The translations under genes were made by a program, and so were the position numbers. 64,000 bases of DNA from Epiperipatus broadwayi (taxonomy: Eukaryota > Animalia > Onychophora), in the NCBI GenBank assembly GCA_028023455.1, contig JAQFVV010000011.1:4712001-4776000 (forward strand), in the 5' to 3' direction. How positions within the stretch are numbered: the first letter of the stretch is position 1; each line of letters begins with the position of its first letter. This document shows positions 1 through 12,006 of the stretch, one piece after another. The notes beneath the pieces were generated by a model. It made no database searches. It was not told where the DNA came from and worked only from the letters and a program-made list of their open reading frames with translations.

Positions 1-1160
1 AAGTATCCTAGTGAATCATTCCAGTAATCCATGTTAATCCATTTCAAATGTGAATGGTAACTTGTAAGTGTTCTAGAACATCTATCAGATAAATTATCAT
101 TGATATCCTTGGAATTTCTGCTTTGAAGTGCAGAGTAATAGGATCCTTTCATTATGGATTGACTTGATGTTTCATAGTGTAGGTGTGCAGTGATAGATCA
201 ATTACATCCTGATCTTGACAAGTTATAGTTCCATGGATGATGACTTTTGTTCCATGATGTAGCTTTTGCACTTAGCAATGCATATTTATTTTCATCATTA
301 ATTATATTTGGCTTTAACGATTTGTTTTGAGTGGAATAAAGTCAATATTTCTTATATCATTTTATACCCTTGAATCTAGATATTGCAATCTATAACTGAG
401 AATTACCAATATTTTGGACATTCAAACACTTTGAATTTACTTGCAAAGACTTTAATTTCAAATTCTCTACTTTCACACTCTCGCTTTCTTGGATATTTAA
501 ATATTGATTTTTGATAGTATTACCACTCAAACGTGGTTGATGTTTATCTTCGAATTTTAAATTCAAATCCTCTATGTAAGACTCTGTAGGTTCTTCAGCA
601 GATAAGAAATTTTATGTCCTCCTTTAGAAAAAGTTCATTGTTCAACTCGTATGTTCGTGATCATCGTTGCAATCCATTCTTGACATCATTTTTAATGAAT
701 ATTAATATAAGTAATTTGTTAACAACAATAACAATTTTATTTGATTTTTTTTTTACTTTAATATTAATTTTTATTTCTTGATTGTGTTCATTCATTTGAT
801 CTTAGATACCATGCATTGTTATATTGTGTTTGCCATCGTAACGTTTAATAAAATGATAATTGTCAGAGATTATTTGTCATGTCTGTGATGTTTGATTTAA
901 ATGTTTGTTTACAGTATAATTAAGTTGGGATTTAAAATGTGAATTGTAATTAGTGATTTGTCAAATTGTGTGCTTTAACATTTACTAATATAGCAATTAA
1001 TAAATAATGCTAATATCATGGGTCTTGGATTCGGATTGGGCCACATGGTGTATAATAAATGTTGGAAGAATGTTAGAGATATCCATTAATTATTTACAAT
1101 TGTATAATCTATTTTCAAATAATATAATGAAAGATAGATATGTCTATTTGAAAACAATGT

Positions 1161-1530
1161 ATCATCATCATCATTTTCAACTATTTTCAATCCATTACAG
1201 AATGAATGTTTCTCCAAGTTCAATTCATCTCTGATTTCTAGTCTTTCTATACCATATTACCCCAGCCCATTTTCTTATTTCATCCATCCATTTCACGTGG
1301 TCTTTTTTAGATCTCTTACAAGCTCTTGGAATCTAATTTAAGATTTTAACTGTCCATCTGTTATCATCTCTTCTACCAATATGTCCAGCCCAAATCTACT
1401 TCAGTTTTTTAATTCTTTCAATGATGTCTAACATTTATTTATTCTCTCACCCATGTATTTTGTTTTTGATCTCTTCTTATTACTCCTGACATGCATCTCT
1501 TCATATTTTGTTGATTGGTCTGAATCACTT
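1161..1530 (-). mobile_element. RTE LINE 3' end fragment
   Basis: Reverse complement matches the 3' ends of the RTE copies at 5600-5866 and 18250-18511, including the (GAT)n tail seen as atcatcatcatc at 1161. Confidence 0.8.
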
Positions 1531-2017
1531 TATTGCTCTTTTGTAAAGTGAATATATGAGGTTGGCTGCAGAAAGGAGTTTGCTATTAACTGAAAGGAGA
1601 TCCTTTGATTTCTCTTGGAGGCCTTAAAGGAACTGAGCAGGACAAATTCAAAAATGTCCACTCAATACATTCTTGTCTGTGCAGCTGTTATTACTATGTG
1701 ATTATTCATGTAGTATACAAACATGGTTGGGCTGCTCACCAACACACATTAGTCAGCATGGTCAGTTTATTGGATTTTTATCTCTGAGTTTAAGATCAAG
1801 AAACACCATGGTCTTACTTCTCAGTTGTCTGATAAGGCAGAATTAATGTATGTGTAAATGATAAATATTTTTTCCATTAGATATATACAATCATAACAGA
1901 CAAAATAAATCATGGCTCTTATTTCCAGGGGACTGTAAAGTCACCAATCAAGGCAGCAGTTAGTGGTCGAAGGTAGAGGGTGCTAAGAATCCCCTGATTG
2001 TAAACCCAGGCTGCCAT

Positions 2018-2783
2018 TTGATGACAACTTTTTATTTAGGTACTTACAACTGTAGATCACTTTCAAGTGAAGAAAGATTGCAAGAATTAGAAGAACTGTC
2101 TTATATTAAATGGGAGATTATTGGAGTTTGTGAAGTTAGAAGAAAAGCTGAAGAGACAATTGATTTAAAAAGTGGACATGTACTCTTTTATAAAGGTACA
2201 AATATTGGAAATACATGTGGAGTAGGATTCATTATAAATAAAAAGTGGAAAGAATAACATTGTGGAGATTGATAGTGTATTGGACAGAGTGGCAATAGCA
2301 GATACCAAATGCAGACGATTCAGATTTATGCCCCAACAAGTTCTCATAGTGATGAAGTAGTAGAAGATTTTTATGTGGATGTACAAAAGGCTTTTGTTCA
2401 GAGTAAACAACATTTTAAAATTGTTATGAAAGACTTTAATGCTAGAATTGGTAAACAAATGAAAGATGAAAGAGGTATAGGTAATTTTGGCTATGATAAT
2501 AGAAATGAGAGAGGTCATAGACTTGTGGAGTTTGCAGAAAAAGAAAAACTATATTATGAAATGGAGATGGAAATATCCAAATAAAGGTACAGCAGAATTG
2601 GATTATATTTTGACTAACAGAAAATATATATTTCAAGATTGTAATGTTCTTAATAAATTTTACACAGGAAGTGATCATCGATTAGTAAGGTGTAAGTTAC
2701 GTGTTAATGTAAAACTAGAGAGACAAAAATTATTAAGAAAAACAATATTTACAGTTGATATTCCTAACTCAGAAACACTCTAA
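2018..2783 (+). pseudogene. AP-endonuclease domain of RTE ORF, frameshifted
   Basis: ORFs 2018-2257, 2309-2584 and 2487-2783 carry consecutive APE motifs in different frames. Confidence 0.88.
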
Positions 2784-3360
2784 TAAATTTAAATTAGAAC
2801 TTACAAATCGGTTTCAAGTATTACTAGATTTTGAACATGAATCGGATTTGAATGAAATTAATAGAAAAATAACTGATACACTTTTAAAAATTGCAACAAA
2901 GATAAAAAAGCAGAAATTGACCAATAAAATTTCTACTGAGACTAGAGAATTAATGAAGAAAAGAAAGGAATATGAAGATATACAAAAGTGATGCATTAAA
3001 AAGAATTGAATACCGGGAATTCTGTAAAATGGTGCGGTAAAGAATTGAAAATGATATAAGAAAGCATAACTGTGAACTAGCAAGAAAAACTGCAGAAGAG
3101 AATAAAAGTCTAAAGGGTGTAAAACAACATTTTGGTATTGGTAGAAAATTTATATCTGCAATAAGGAAAAAAGATGAACTATTACTAAAAAGAGATGACA
3201 TCATGAAATGGGTAGAAGGCTTCTATAAAGAATTATATAGTAATAAAGAACAAGTACCTCCTATAAACAATGAGGATTGCCAATTCCTCAACAATCTTTG
3301 TGATAAATGCTTAGCTAAAGAAAGCATTTAAAATATCTCTGTCAGGACCTTCCCACCAAA

Positions 3361-3401
3361 CCTCTGACAATGGTTTCGTGCTCTGACACTCCTCAGAGAG
3401 G
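3361..3401 (-). ncRNA. Minimal type I hammerhead ribozyme (HHR-A)
   Basis: Minus strand reads CCTCT-CTGAGGA-GTGT CAGA GCAC-GAAA-CCATTG-TC-AGAGG: stem I, CUGANGA core, stem II, GAAA, short stem III and GUC cleavage triplet. Confidence 0.85.
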
Positions 3402-4033
3402 TGCTAGGGTAGGTTCAGACACTAGATCTAAAAACACCAACCCAAAGCCAGCATTTAACTAAAAGTTATCTATTGAGTAGAAAATCTGAAATTTAGAGAC
3501 ACCTACATGTCTTCAAACCCAGCTATCTGACTCAAATAGCTATGTCGGGCTGAGAGATCTTCAGCTATATCATATATTAGTAGTCTTAGCAATATAACAT
3601 TGCATAAGACTTAAGGCAGAGACTATAAATAGTCAAAATAAGTCATAGATCACATGACCCTATTCTCTTAGGCTTGTAAGTTATAAACAATGAGGATTTC
3701 CAATTCCTCAACAAGTTTGTGATAAATGCTTAGCAATCCTCATTGTTTATAACTTACAAGCTTAAGAGAATAGGGTCATGTGACCTATGACTTTTATTTT
3801 GACTGTTTATAGTCTCTGCCTTAAGTCTTATGCAATGTTATATTGCTAAGACTACTAATATATGGTATGGATGAAGATCTCTCAGTCCCATATAGCTATT
3901 TGAGTTGGATAGCTGGGTTTGAAGACATGAAGGTGTCTGAAAATTTCAGATTTTCCACTCAATAAATAACTTTTAGTTAAATGCTGGCTTTGGGTTGGTG
4001 TTTTTAGATCTAGTGCCTGAACCTATCCTAGTA

Positions 4034-4074
4034 CCTCTCTGAGGAGTGCCGCAGCACGAAATCATGGTCAGAGG
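4034..4074 (+). ncRNA. Minimal type I hammerhead ribozyme (HHR-A)
   Basis: CCTCT-CTGAGGA-GTGC CGCA GCAC-GAAA-TCATGG-TC-AGAGG. Predicted cleavage after C4069. Confidence 0.88.
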
Positions 4075-4133
4075 TTTGGGGGAGGGTCCTGACAAAGATA
4101 TTTTAAATGCTTTCTCTAGCTAAGCATTTATTA

Positions 4134-4277
4134 GTAATGACTGAAAGGTTGCTATTCTTCCACATGCGCCTTACTATTACTTTCAGACAGCCAATAGCTG
4201 TTAAAACAGCGGTCTGAGGAGCAACCTTCCAGTCATTACTAATTTAATATTAACATGCGATTTAAACAAAACATTAC
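4134..4277. repeat. Small hairpin element nested in the HHR-A inverted arm
   Basis: Inverted repeat TTAGTAATGACTGAAAGGTTGCT / AGCAACCTTCCAGTCATTACTAA. Flanked by TAAG(C/T)ATTTATTA at 4121-4133 and 4278-4290. Confidence 0.7.
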
Positions 4278-4419
4278 TAAGTATTTATTACAAAACTTGT
4301 TGAGGAATTGGCAAACCTCATTGTTTATAACTTACAAGCTTAAGAGAATAGAGTCATGTGATCTGTGACTTTTATTTTAACTATTTATAGTACCTACTAT
4401 ATTTATTATATCTTTAAAT

Positions 4420-5810
4420 GAAGAAATGAGACATGCAATTAAATTTATGAAGAAAGGAAAGGCTCCAGGTAATGATGGAATTATAATTGATATATTAAAA
4501 GAAGCAGGTGAAGAAATAGAATTTTTTTTTAGCAAAGTTTATATACCAAATGTCTAAATGATAAGGATGTACCAGATGATTGGAAGAATGCAGTATTAAT
4601 ATTAAAAAAGGTGATAAAGAAGATATTAGAAATTACAGACCTATCAGCCTTTTATCAGTTTTATACAAAAATTTTACCAAGATAATTACAACTTATCTAC
4701 AGATAACATTGGATTTCCACCAACCAAGAGAACAAGCTGGATTTGAAAGTAATTTTAGTATACTAGATCATATCCAGATATTGAGAGAAGTTATAGAAAG
4801 GACAAATGAATATAAATTGCCATTATGCTTTGGATTTGTAGATTATGAAAAGGCATTTGATTCTGTAAACATTTCTTCAGTGATTAAAACATTGGATCAT
4901 CAAGGTATAGATCCAGGATATTGTTATATTTTAAAGAATATTTATAAAAATGCAACAGCAACAATTAGATTGCATAATGATACTAGGAAAGTCAACATTA
5001 AAAAGGGTGTAAGACAGAGTGACTCCATATCTCCAAAAGCTTTTTGCAGCAGTGCTGCAAGAAGTATTTTGTGGATTAAAATGGGAATCCAATGAAATGA
5101 AAGTAAATGAAGATTATTTAAGTCATTTAGATTTTGCAGATGATGTAGTTGTTTTTGCAAATAATGCTTCAGAGCTGCAGGAAATGTTACAGGAGTTATC
5201 AGATGAAAGTATGAAAGTAGGACTAAAGATAAATGTTAAAAAGACTAAAGTAATAATCAATGGATTTTTTCAAAATATGAAAATAAAGATTGATTATGAT
5301 GAATTTGAAGAAGTTAACAGCTACAAATATCTTGGTCAGATTATTTATACAGATGAAAACATAATAGATAAAATTAATCATAGAATTGAACTTAATGCCT
5401 ATGTGTTTGAAAAGAAGGATTTTTATTAAATGTGTTTTACCAGTTCTTACTTATGGATCTGAGCCTTGGACACTTAATAGAAAAGGCAATACAGAGACTT
5501 CACACCACTCAAAGAAGTATGGAGAGATGCATGTTGGGAGTAACAAGAAGAGATTGAAAACACAATATATGGGTAAGAGAACAAACATGTATTACTGCCT
5601 TCATTGAAAAACTTAAAAGACTGAAATGGAGTTGGGCTGGACATATTGCTAGAAGAGATGATAATAGATGGACAATTGGAATCTTAAACAGGATTCCAAG
5701 AGATTGTAAAAGATCCAGAAAGAGACCACATGTGAGATGGATTGATGAAATAAAAAAGTGTGCAGGGGAGATATGGAGAAGAGAAGCTAAAGATTGGAGA
5801 AGGTGGTTTG
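4420..5810 (+). pseudogene. Reverse transcriptase domain of RTE ORF, frameshifted
   Basis: KGKAPGNDG, NYRPISLL, QPREQAGF, VDYEKAFDSV, YLSHLDFADD, YKYLGQ and KWSWAGHIARRDDNRW across ORFs 4580-5095, 5019-5429 and 5386-5607. Confidence 0.9.
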
Positions 5811-8800
5811 AACTTGGAGAGACCTTCATCCTGCAGTGGATTGATGATGGTTGGTGATGATGATATATGAAGTTATATTTTTAAAATACACATTTTTATT
5901 TATTTTTCTTTTTTGTTAGGAAATCCTTGACAATGGCTATATGAAATGTCTGAATCATTGGAAACAAACTATGTTAATAATTTTGATTTCAAATAAAATT
6001 AAAAAAGAAAAATTAATGAATATTTGTGGAAATATTGAAATAATATATTGAAGACATGGGGTATCAAATTTTGGAAATAAAAAATGTTCACTAACATATA
6101 TGATAGAGATATGAGAATTTTAAATAAAATCATGATAGAAAAAAGATTATTTGATGTTTCATGATAAAGTTATAATAGAATACTAAAGTTATATTCATAA
6201 ATGTAAAATAAAATATCAATTTTAATTTTTCATTATGTCATAATGAAATGTTAAATGTGATATTGATTTTCGTGTTCCTTCATTTTGTTTTCTTATAGGG
6301 AAATGCAAGGTAGATCTGTCAGAGTTATGCACTTTTACAGTACATGATTACTTTCTGGTGAATTGTATTTTTTTACTTTCTACATTTAAAGGTTTTGTGT
6401 GTGAATACTATTGGCAGTCAATGTTTCTATTTTTAGCGATTGCAAACCATTATATTTTTGTTTAAATATTTTTACATTATACCTGAAACATATTTTTTAT
6501 TTTCATTATTTTTCCCACCAGATGTCTCTGTATGACAAACTGAATTTCAATTCAGTAGTACATACTCAACAGTGTTTTGTTACGTCACATTTTGAAAATG
6601 TCTGGGTTTTCTTACTCTTCTCTGAAATGTTGAAAAGTCGTCCATACAATGCTGACATTTAATTTTTTAAGTCTTATTTAATTAAATTACACTAATGTAA
6701 ATATTACAGAAATAAACTGAACCTACATATTCTACATATGATTGCACAACAACTATTGACCAATTTAAATCTTCAAAATAAAATCTGTATGTTATGATTT
6801 GTTGGATGGAAGTCTAAACTTTGCTTAATTGTCCTAATCTAATATTGATTTAAATGTAAAAATGAATTACACAAGTATGAATAACTTAATCAAATTGGAA
6901 TTATTTAATGTAAAATAAGTAAAATCTATATATATTTAAGTCAAACTGTTTATCTCTAATTGTCACATAGAAATAGAAATGTTTATATTTGTAAAAATAT
7001 TTGTCAATAAGTAAGGAAACTTAAAAAAAATTAAAAACCAGCATTTATATGCTGCTATGGACTCAAAATCTTAAGAATCTTATCAGAGCTGTGAAGGAAT
7101 TTGCGATCATTAGTGAAAAAAAAAGCCAAAATAATTTCCATATTAGTAAATTTAAAAAAAAATACTAAAGATATTACATTTGTACTTTAATATAAAATAT
7201 AGCTAGCCCTTATATGAACCTTCACGTAATGTGCTATCTATGAAGAAGGATTGGCTGGAGACATCCTTTTTCTTAGAACTATTTTAGAAAAAGAACCCGA
7301 TTTGAAATTTTATTTTATTTATATAAAAGGAATTTACTTTATATTAGTTTTTTTTATTACCGATTTTTGTTTTTGCTTAGAATTCATTTATTTTAAATAA
7401 AAAATGCTTAAATGGCAATTTAATTTGTTAATTACACCCCCCTCTTTATTATGCGTTTATCCCCCCCCCCCCCAATTTGCTTTTAGGGTTAGCATAAATT
7501 TGGGTTTTTAAATTACTTGGCTGAAGTCAGATGGAATAACTCAGGCATTTCCTCCAACAATGATTACAATATCTTTAATATCAGAATCATCACTTTTCAG
7601 TAACTACTGAATTATGTTGTGAAGTTTAGCATAGTTGTGAAGTGATAGATTTGAAAGCTAAAAGTTTATTGGTTGAAACTCAATCTGCTATTTTGTTTGA
7701 ATGTCACATGACTTTCCAAGCAACTAACCATTTGATAAATAAAAATAATTAAATGGTTTATCACTTGATAGTTCATAAGAAGTGTGTCTACTGGAAGTGA
7801 TAGCACTGGGCCACAATCAATGGACTTTATTCTCCAAAGCTGCCCCTTCATTATAAGAGGCTGCAATAGTTCTTATTAAGATTATTAAAAAACGGCTATT
7901 AATGATTATCAGTCTCAATAGTGTTCTTTGCTAATACTCTTTTTTTAAATCTTTATCTGACATTAATATATATGTCTGATTTACATTGGAATGTAGATTC
8001 CAAATGCAGCATATAAGGAATAGATTACTATATTTCTATGTTTTGTTGATATTCTAGTTAAAATACATTCTTTGAGAATTAGGCCCTTCTTTAATTGGAT
8101 ATATCATAAGTATTTTTTATAGTCTTGATTAATCACTTATAATGGGCATCTTTATATATATAAGAAAATTTTACATATGCTGCTGTATTCAGACTTTATG
8201 TTTGTCTCACAGGTAGTGGTACTGAAATTTAGTGTTTGATAATCTTATATATAAAATCCTTAAACATTTGTCTATAATGCTGTCATGTGGCAAATTTACA
8301 ACCAATTTAAAAAAGTATTATGTTTGTCTTAACACTATCAAATTCACAATTGAAAAATAAAATAAAAAAGTTTAAATTTGTTTTTATAAATAAATAACTA
8401 TACCTATTTAAACCATAATTTATATTAATATTATGAGCATTTTATGCAAGAAATTAATTCCATCTTTAATATTTAATAATCTATAATTTTTATTACTAAG
8501 TGTGAATGAAGTAATTCTGATATTAGTAAACATAAATTTTTTTATGAAGTAGTTGTCCATATCACAATCAAATTCACATATCAAATATAACAAGTATATT
8601 TAAAAGTTTAAATTTTAATTTAGTTTTATTAATTTAGCTAAATGTATTAATACCTTGCTGGATACATTTCTGAAATGTACCAAATCGGCCAGGTTGTTCC
8701 AATTTTTTTTTTCTTTCAATTTAAAATATTTTGTTTAATTTACATTAAATTTTTAAAAAAGTGTTAAAGCAATCAATTAAAAAAAACTAGCATAAAAACT

Positions 8801-9084
8801 ATGGCCTTCTCACATTTATTTATATAATATTAAAATCATTTGTTTAATTTAAATCTTAAAAACAGTTGTTAAAGCAACCGATATAAAAAACGATGGCCTT
8901 TAAAAGGCATGGTACATCTTGGTAATGATATAAAAAGGAAAATATGATTTTATAATATAAATAAGCCTGCTGAATTATATTTTTAAAATATAGTTTATTA
9001 TGAATATGAATTGAACTATTGTCATGAAATTAAAATTATGGTTATATAAGTAAATTAATCATATCACTGTTAATTAAAAACAAT

Positions 9085-9371
9085 GGATATAAGACTGGCA
9101 ATTTTCGTCAATTATGCCCTGTGGTGTGTCAGATGTAAAGTAACGATTGAAGGAATGAAAGATCCACATGGTACTAAATTTAAGAACGTCATGGAGAAAA
9201 TCATGAAGAAAGACCGACTAATTGTTCCAAGCTGTATCACAAGAGCAACATGGGAGAAGGTTGGATCTACTTTGCTTCAAATAGATATGTAATTGATATC
9301 ATTTTTGTATTTGTAACATTCAATATAGCAACAGAATAAACTTTTTCCTTAAAAAAAAACAAAAAAAAAAA
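9085..9371 (+). mobile_element. 5'-truncated retroposed fragment, probably the 3' end of an L1/Tx1-type LINE
   Basis: Open frame 9083-9292 (LAIFVNYALWCVRCKVTIEG) resembles Tx1/L1 ORF2 C-termini. Followed by AATAAA (about 9335) and poly(A) 9351-9371. AAAAACAAT is duplicated at 9076-9084 and 9367-9375. Confidence 0.55.
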
Positions 9372-9798
9372 CAATTTTAATACATATCATGAAAGGACAG
9401 GAATTAGATTATAATTCACCTATTTTATACTTATTATATATAAAACAATAAAATATATTTATATTATAATGATGATTAGTTATTTAATTTATTTTGTTTA
9501 CCAAAATGCAGACAATGGCAGAAGATTTCATATGGCTGCAAAAATGTTTGTGGGGGGGACGACTAATATTTGATTTCTAATTTTAATATTATTGATTTTA
9601 CTGAAGAAAGTAATTGGAATTTAGAATAAATGGGATTAAAGGCAAATTGGCACCTTAGAAAGAGTCATATGTCTATGTCATTAATTAGTGCATTTAAAGA
9701 TGATAAAGCAAAATTGGTGATGATGATCTTGTTAATAAATGAAGTATTATTAGAAAAATCATTAAGATTAATTTTAATTTAAAAGTCCAATACTTTTT

Positions 9799-10008
9799 TT
9801 GTTCAAAAAATCGGTGTTTGATTTTTACAATAATGGTACAGTTGCTGAGATGAAGTATACAGTTTGGAGAATATATCATTATTTAAGCATTCCAACATTT
9901 GATTTGCTTGAGAATAAGCTTGATGAAACTTTAATATATTTAGAAAAAACATTTATAAATTCATATATTTTCAGAAAAATAATGACTGGTTTACGTCAAT
10001 CATTATAA
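9799..10008 (+). pseudogene. Possible PIF/Harbinger transposase N-terminal remnant
   Basis: YHYLSIPTFDLLENKL loosely resembles the Harbinger Y.RMS..TFD.LL motif. No catalytic motifs seen. Confidence 0.3.
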
Positions 10009-10689
10009 AAACAGAGATCAAGAAAAACGAAAATTCTATACTTTTGTGAGCATCCTTACTCTTATCTGACAGACTTGATTTCTGAATTCCCTAGATCAGA
10101 AAACCCTAGTCTTAATTTTAGTTAATTTGCTGCAATCATTAAGATTTTAACAAAGAATTCTAATAAACTATTGTATACCCCGAGTGCTTAACTAGAACTT
10201 TTTGACATCTACATAACATTTTAAAAAAAAGGCATTTCTAATATTTATAATATATCTCTTAATAGTTATATGTATAATAAAAAATTATCGAATTCTCCAT
10301 GCATTGTCTTGGCTTATTTTATATAGTTACACTATTGACAAAAAAAGCTGGAAAACCATATATAATGGTAAAGAGATTTGTAATCAATAAATTTGTTTCC
10401 TAGCAAGTAGTATATTTTCAAGATTACTATTATCCTATCAATAAACTCTTTTATAGTACATTAAAAGATCATATTTATTAGGATAAATATTAAATCAGTG
10501 GAGATATCCATGCAATGTCATTCAAATTGACTATCAGTTAAATTAATATAGTAGCTTGTGGAAATTTATCATTCTTATTATTACATACAATTATCAGTAT
10601 TTTAAGAGTTGATATTTATATATAGGGTTGTTTGTTTTCAAGGTTATTAAAATGAATAAAAATTAACACTGTGCTGTAAACTTAAATTA

Positions 10690-11300
10690 TAAACCAATTT
10701 AAATGAGATGACCACTAGACATTAGATGATCACCATTCTTTGTGCTTATACAAGCTGTTTACACAAAGACAAAACTATCCTTACAATAATACCAGTCAGT
10801 GCAAGCCAGAGTAATCAATGAATACAGGAAGGTTTGTGCATAAAATCCCTATCTAGTTACTACTCATTCAATATTCCCAGACTAGTTTCTAGCTTGTGGC
10901 CTTCATCAGTGAGGAGCCTTGGATCAGAGAGCACTGCACTTAGATCTTAGGATACCTTATTAGCTAACTATAAAGCTTTGAGTCCAAAATGAAAACTGAA
11001 TTGAGTTCAGATCAATATGACTATACAAGATAGTGAGCTTGAATTGAAAACATTATTGTGTTTTTATTTTGGGCTCAAAGATTTATTCTTAGCTGGAGAG
11101 TTGGATTAAATCTTAATATCTAGATGCAGTGCTCTCAGATTCAAGACTCCTCCCTGATGAAAGCCACAAGCCAGAAACTAGTCTGGGGATATTGGATGAG
11201 TAGGCACTAGATATGGCATGCACAAACTTTCCTGCATTCATTGATTACTCTGGCTTGCAATGAGAGATGCTATTATATGGAGGCTTTGCCTCTGTGTTAA
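10690..11300. mobile_element. HHR-B pair arranged as a foldback (centre about 11030)
   Basis: 10790-11020 is the reverse complement of about 11040-11290. Ribozyme motif on the minus strand at 10875-10915 and a decayed one on the plus strand at 11148-11189. Confidence 0.85.
10875..10915 (-). ncRNA. Minimal type I hammerhead ribozyme (HHR-B)
   Basis: TCCTCA-CTGATGA-A-GGC CACAA GCT-A-GAAA-CTAG-TC-TGGGA. Confidence 0.7.
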
Positions 11301-11774
11301 ATGAGACTGTATGATTTTCTTCACTAATTTGACATTCCCTCTGAAATTATCATTGTCTAGTCTACAGTTCATATAAGATGAATGGCAGTAAATAGTGAAG
11401 TCATTTTAATCTGCAACATGGATTATTTTTATATTAGAAGATTTATAAGATACTATAATAGAGTATATAATTTAATAATATTTTAATAAATCTAGTAAAT
11501 TTTCTAATATGATAATGCCCTACTCTTACTTGTCAGAATTAAGCAATTCAATGTTAAATAATATTTAAAAAAGCTTATTGTTATTTATTTGAATGCTCTC
11601 TGATTCATTACAGCCCTTTTTGTGTAATAAACCATGCTTCTTTAACCTTCCTTTTTCCATCATTTCTTTCTTCATAAACTAATAATACTTAGATCAATGT
11701 TATTTTTCATGATGATCAAATACTCATGTATTTATAAAATTAGTTTTTATTTTTCTGTATCTAAATAAATATAT

Positions 11775-12006
11775 CTTCCCAACTCCAGAAAAGATGATAA
11801 TAGATGGACAGTTGAAATCTTAAACTGGGTTTCAAGACATTGTAAAAGAACTAGAAAGAGACCAGTTATGAGATAGATGGATGAAATAAGGAAGGGGTGA
11901 TGTAAAGAGAAGCTAGATATTTGAAGAGATGGATTGAATTTGGAGAGACTTTCATCCAACTATGGATTGATAATACTTGAAAATGATGATGATGATCATG
12001 ATGACA
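11775..12006 (+). mobile_element. RTE LINE 3' end fragment
   Basis: Matches the RTE 3' end (RDDNRWTVEILNW-type sequence) and ends in gatgatgatgatcatgatgac. Confidence 0.8.

Larger units (their letters stand above)
3262..4390. mobile_element. HHR-A: hammerhead-bearing tandem-plus-inverted repeat array (Penelope pLTR/retrozyme-like) inserted in the RTE
   Basis: 420-bp unit (3262-3681), start of a second unit (3682-3734), then an inverted arm (3735-4390) longer than one unit. Flanked by AGTACCT(C/A)CTATA at 3253-3265 and 4389-4401 (12/13 identity, TSD-like). Confidence 0.85.
1911..5866 (+). mobile_element. Near full-length, decayed RTE-clade LINE, interrupted at about 3262-4390
   Basis: APE endonuclease motifs (YLGTYNCRSL, IQIYAPTS, DFNARIG, GSDHRLV) and RT motifs (NYRPISLLSVLYK, FVDYEKAFDSV, KGVRQ, LDFADD), with a (GAT)n-type tail at about 5845-5866. 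Many frameshifts. Confidence 0.92.

Noticed and set aside
1-700. Coding-like minus-strand frames (about 75 open codons at 390-617)
   Set aside because: No start, splice signal or recognisable motif, and neighbouring frames are full of stops. At most an unidentifiable decayed element.
7480-7495. TTAGGGTTAG telomere-like motif
   Set aside because: Fewer than two full units; expected by chance.
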